A stretch of 62,992 bases of DNA, counting the filler, from Chiloscyllium plagiosum (taxonomy: Eukaryota), in assembly GCF_004010195.1 (NCBI RefSeq). It is 3 parts of one record of this genome, joined end to end, with 100 filler letters (N's around TTAATTAATTAA, not from the genome) between each part and the next. Parts side by side here need not be neighbours in the genome. Positions count along the whole stretch, not along the records: positions 53,155 to 62,992 come from NC_057710.1; 2 more parts are not named here. The stretch is one strand, 5' to 3'. Positions 59,443-62,992 of the stretch are shown in pieces (the first letter of the stretch is position 1; every line of letters begins with the position of its first letter). The notes beneath the pieces are model-generated. The model was not told where the DNA came from. It searched no databases and worked only from the letters and a program-made list of their open reading frames with translations. Made by a program: the position numbers and the translations under genes.

Positions 59443-59653
59443 TCAAGATTAGAGTGGTGCTGGAAAAGCACAGCAGGTCGGGCAGCATCCAAGGAACAGG
59501 AAAATCGATATTTCAGGCAGGTTCCTGATGAAAGGCTCCTGCCTGAAAAGTTGATTTTCCTGTTCTTCAGATGCTGCCCGACCTGCTGTGCTTTTCCAGC
59601 ATCACTCTAATCTTGACTCTAATCTCCAGCATCTGCAGTCCTCACTTTTGCCT
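59443..59653. mobile_element. Palindromic PLE pseudo-LTR element
   Basis: 59443-59521 is the reverse complement of about 59537-59616. Plus-strand TTC-CTGATGA-A-AGGC-TCCT-GCCT-GAAAA-GTT-GAT at 59522-59555; terminus ctccagcatctgcagtcctcacttttgcct. Confidence 0.88.
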
Positions 59654-60627
59654 GAATCATATCATAGTTTCTTACGAAATGCCTAGATGGAGGTGAGTAC
59701 CAAAGCTAAGATTCAATGTATTGTGAAATATGGAGAGGGACATGAATAGTCCTTCTATGTTTCACAAAGAACAATTCTGTTGCTTTTATGCCTGAAGATT
59801 ACAACCAAGTCTCATCCTACATCCATTCTCTATTCGCCATTCCTACTATGTTTTTTTTCCCTTCGTGGATGTTTCACTGGTGTTGAATTGCCCTAAGAAC
59901 TGTATCTAAGAACATATCCAGACTCAGGATGGCAACGCTGGCACAATAGGTAATGTTCAGGGTGAGCTCATCCATTCCAGGATGGCCACATTCTTTTTCA
60001 CCCTCTCCTTTTCTTCATTTCTTTCTCTTTTCTTTTTCTTCATCTTCCTACTGTTGTGGGGAGGCCAGAGTGGTGTCCATATGCATGGACCTTTGGAATG
60101 GCAGCAGGGCAGTGGCTATAACAATGGTAGAGTGGGGACATCAAAGTCAAACAAGAGAAGGCAGCTACTGGTTTCTATGCTTAACTGCCTCTGGGAAATG
60201 TGTATACATGAAATGAGACCTACCCCAATTCCTGGCCAGAAAAATAGTAGGATCAGTGCCTGGGAGCAGGACTTCCAATTTTGAACTGGTTCACCATTCT
60301 TATAATGGCAGTGAGGAAGAGAATAAAGCTAGTGCCCCAATGTCACAATAAGTGCACACATTGCTGTCTGTGATGTCAGGGATTTCATTATGACAGGGCA
60401 GGATGAAAGGGCCAAATGGCCTACTCCTGTTCCGAGGTCCGATGTTTATTGGTCTAAGTTTCTAATGATTACCACCACTGAAACGATGTCCAAATCACAT
60501 CCAATGATCACCCTTCCCCTCTCTGATGCACAATTGGTCAATAACTAATCATGCTAAAAATTATTGTCTTTGATAAATCCCTGTGTGTCCAGAATCCATC
60601 ATAACGTTGCTCTTGATCTGAACAGAT

Positions 60628-60735
60628 CTGAAAGAGTCATATAGATTCAAAACAGGAACATTGGTTCTCTTTCCACAGGTACTGACAGGCCTGCTGATTT
60701 TCTCCAGCATTTTCTGTGTTTGTTTCAGATTTTTT
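60628..60735 (+). mobile_element. PLE pseudo-LTR fragment, old
   Basis: ctctttccacaggtactgacaggcctgctgattttctccagcattttctgtgtttgtttcagat. Confidence 0.6.
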
Positions 60736-62039
60736 GAAATCTCACTGGCTTTGCATTAGCCAGCTTCTGCCCACTAGATGTCAAACTTTGCAATAATATG
60801 AAAATGAGATAAACTGATTAACATAAGTGCATTTGAAGACTTTTCTTTGTGACTGTATTTCAAAGAATCTGTTCCAAACACACCTTGGAGATACTATCAG
60901 TGCCCATGGGTGGAATTATTCCAAGCTCTGAATGGTACGGGTTATGGACAGATGAGTGGTAGCATTGGGCAAGATATTCACCTCATTGTCAGGATTGCTA
61001 AACAGCAAGATTCTCAACAGGGAGCAATAACTTTCCAAATGATGTTCATTGCTGCTTGTTAAACATCTTGAAAATAGTCCAACCTGGCACAGGCTGAGAT
61101 CTTACCAAACTAGCCATACAACTAGCTATTGGGATAACTTGAATGGAAAGCAGAGCAGGGTCTTGGCAGAGTCACCATTGACCACAGAAAAATGGAAAAG
61201 CAGGGCAACATTCATAGGCACCAGCTGCATGTGCCCTTCCACCACAGACATTGACACTTCAGAAGATATAACCACCATCCTGTCATCCTTTGATGTACTG
61301 GCCCTATGCCCTGCAGGGACAGGTTCAAAGAGAAGTCGAGAAGGGCATTCCAGCAAGAAGTAGTGCATAAGATATATATAGATGTAGGACATACAATCCA
61401 TCAAGTCTGCTTCACGGTTGATTGAAGAATCCTCAATTCCATTTTCCTCCCTTTTCCCCACAATGCTTAATTATCTTACGGATTAAAAATTTGTTTGTCT
61501 CAGTATTAAGTATACTTAATGACCCAGCCTCAACAACCCTCAGTATGGCTGCATTGGGTACAGGTACTACAGAGGGAAAGAATCTCATCCTGTGGCTTAC
61601 ATCAGGCTCTTTACCAGGACTACTACCTTGCTTTGTCAGTGTGCAATCATTTACTGCTTGCCAGACTGCCCATAGCATGCATTCCTTACCCTTCCCTACC
61701 ACGCCTTGCCTTGCATTGATAACTGGCACTGGCAGACAACCAGGCAGGTGGTGTGCAGTGGAGCAGTCCTAAATACATCTTATATCACTCTAGAGCCTGC
61801 ACCCCATGGCCTCCATATTTGCACCAAACACACAGCATCTGCAGCAAGCAGTGGAACATGTCTGAAAGTCTTGGGGGAGACACCAACAATGAAGTTCATG
61901 GAGGGGGTGGGTGGAGCCCATGCTTTAAGGACAACTTCCCACAACACTTCCAGGATTCAGCCACAATCTGGTATCTGCTTGGGATGACAATGCTCAGGAC
62001 CACTGTTACTCCATGCTACAGGGAGTGGATCAGGGTCTC

Positions 62040-62992
62040 CAAAATCAAGTTTCAGGGATGCAAGGTGGCACTAGCAAGCAAGAAGTTGGTTTGAAGTGTG
62101 CCTACTTCAATGCCAGGAGCATCCGGAATAAGGTGGGTGAACTTGTAGCATGGGTTGGTATCTGGGACTTTGATGTTGTGGCCATTTTGGAGACATGGAT
62201 AGAGGTGGGACAGGAATGGTTGTTGCAGGCTTCAGGATTTAAATGTTTCAGTAAGAACAGAGAAGATGGTAAAAGAGGGTGGAGTGTGGCATTATTGGTC
62301 AAGGACAGTATTACAGTTGCAGAAAGGATGTTTGGGGACTCATCAACTGAGGTAGTATGGGCTGAGGTTAGAAACAGGAAAGGAGAGGTCACCCTGTTGG
62401 GAGTTTTCTATAGACACCCGAATAGTTGCAGAGATGTAGAGGAAAGGATAACAAAGATGATTCTCCATAGGAGTGAGAGAGACAGGATACTTGTCATGGT
62501 GGACTTCAACTTTCCAAATATTGACTGGGAACACTATAGTAGGAGTACTATAGATGGGTCAGTTTTTGTCCAGTGTGTGCAGGAGGACTTCCTGACACAG
62601 TATGTAGACAGGCCAACAAGGGGCGAAGCCACATTAGTGGGTACTGGGTAATTAGCCCAGCCAGGTGTTAGATTTGGAAGTAGGTGAGCATTTTGGTGAT
62701 AGCGATCACAATTCTGTTATGTTTACTTTAGTGATAGAAAGGGGTAGGTGTAAACCATTGGGTAAGAGTTACAGCTGGGAGAAAGGCAATTATGATGTGA
62801 TTAGGCAAGATTTAGGAAGCATAGGATGGGAAAAGAAACTGCAGGGAATGGGCACATTAGAAATGTGGAGCTTATTCAAAGAAAAGCTCCTGTGTGTCCT
62901 AGATAAGTATGTACCTGTCAGGTAGGGAGGAAGCTGTAGAGCGCGGGAGTCGTGGTTTATGAAGGAAGTGGAATCTCTGGTCAAGAGGAAGA
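62040..62992 (+). mobile_element. CR1 LINE ORF2 APE endonuclease region, runs off the window
   Basis: LKCAYFNARSIRNKVGELVAWVGIWDFDVVAILETW...VALLVKD...EVVWAEVRNRKG...GVFYRHPNS...VMVDFNFPNIDW...FLTQYVDRPTRGEA; GEHFGDSDHNSV. Confidence 0.95.

Noticed and set aside
60950..61900. Faint echoes of a HARBI1-like DDE transposase
   Set aside because: Requires many frameshifts and no catalytic motif is intact; not supportable without a profile search.

Overview
Eukaryotic, repeat-dense, apparently intronic or intergenic DNA from a cartilaginous fish (shark), inferred from several HE1-type V-SINEs and the shark-style CR1 LINEs. I can support no host protein-coding exon, rRNA, true tRNA or CRISPR array. 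Well over half of the window is nested retroelement debris. It includes about 14 CR1-clade LINE pieces (one near full-length at 44276-48237, two young copies broken by artificial 100-bp assembly spacers), a second CR1/L2-group LINE family, a Rex1/Babar LINE end, a decayed Ty3/gypsy pol, HE1 and other tRNA-derived SINEs, three Penelope-like elements (PLEs) and faint PIF/Harbinger Myb-gene fossils. The most interesting signal is a set of minimal hammerhead-ribozyme motifs (CUGANGA...GAAAC-NUH) in PLE termini from at least four sequence families, with compensatory changes in helices I and II. The copy at 383-418 looks intact. Several copies sit in short non-coding palindromic insertions that place a ribozyme motif on each strand. 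Also notable are a Rex1-tailed non-autonomous element with a 42-bp minisatellite, a CR1 with twin-priming-like inversion geometry, and a CR1 3' end with a templated micro-inversion. Boundaries of old repeats were set by eye and are approximate; no database search was run.
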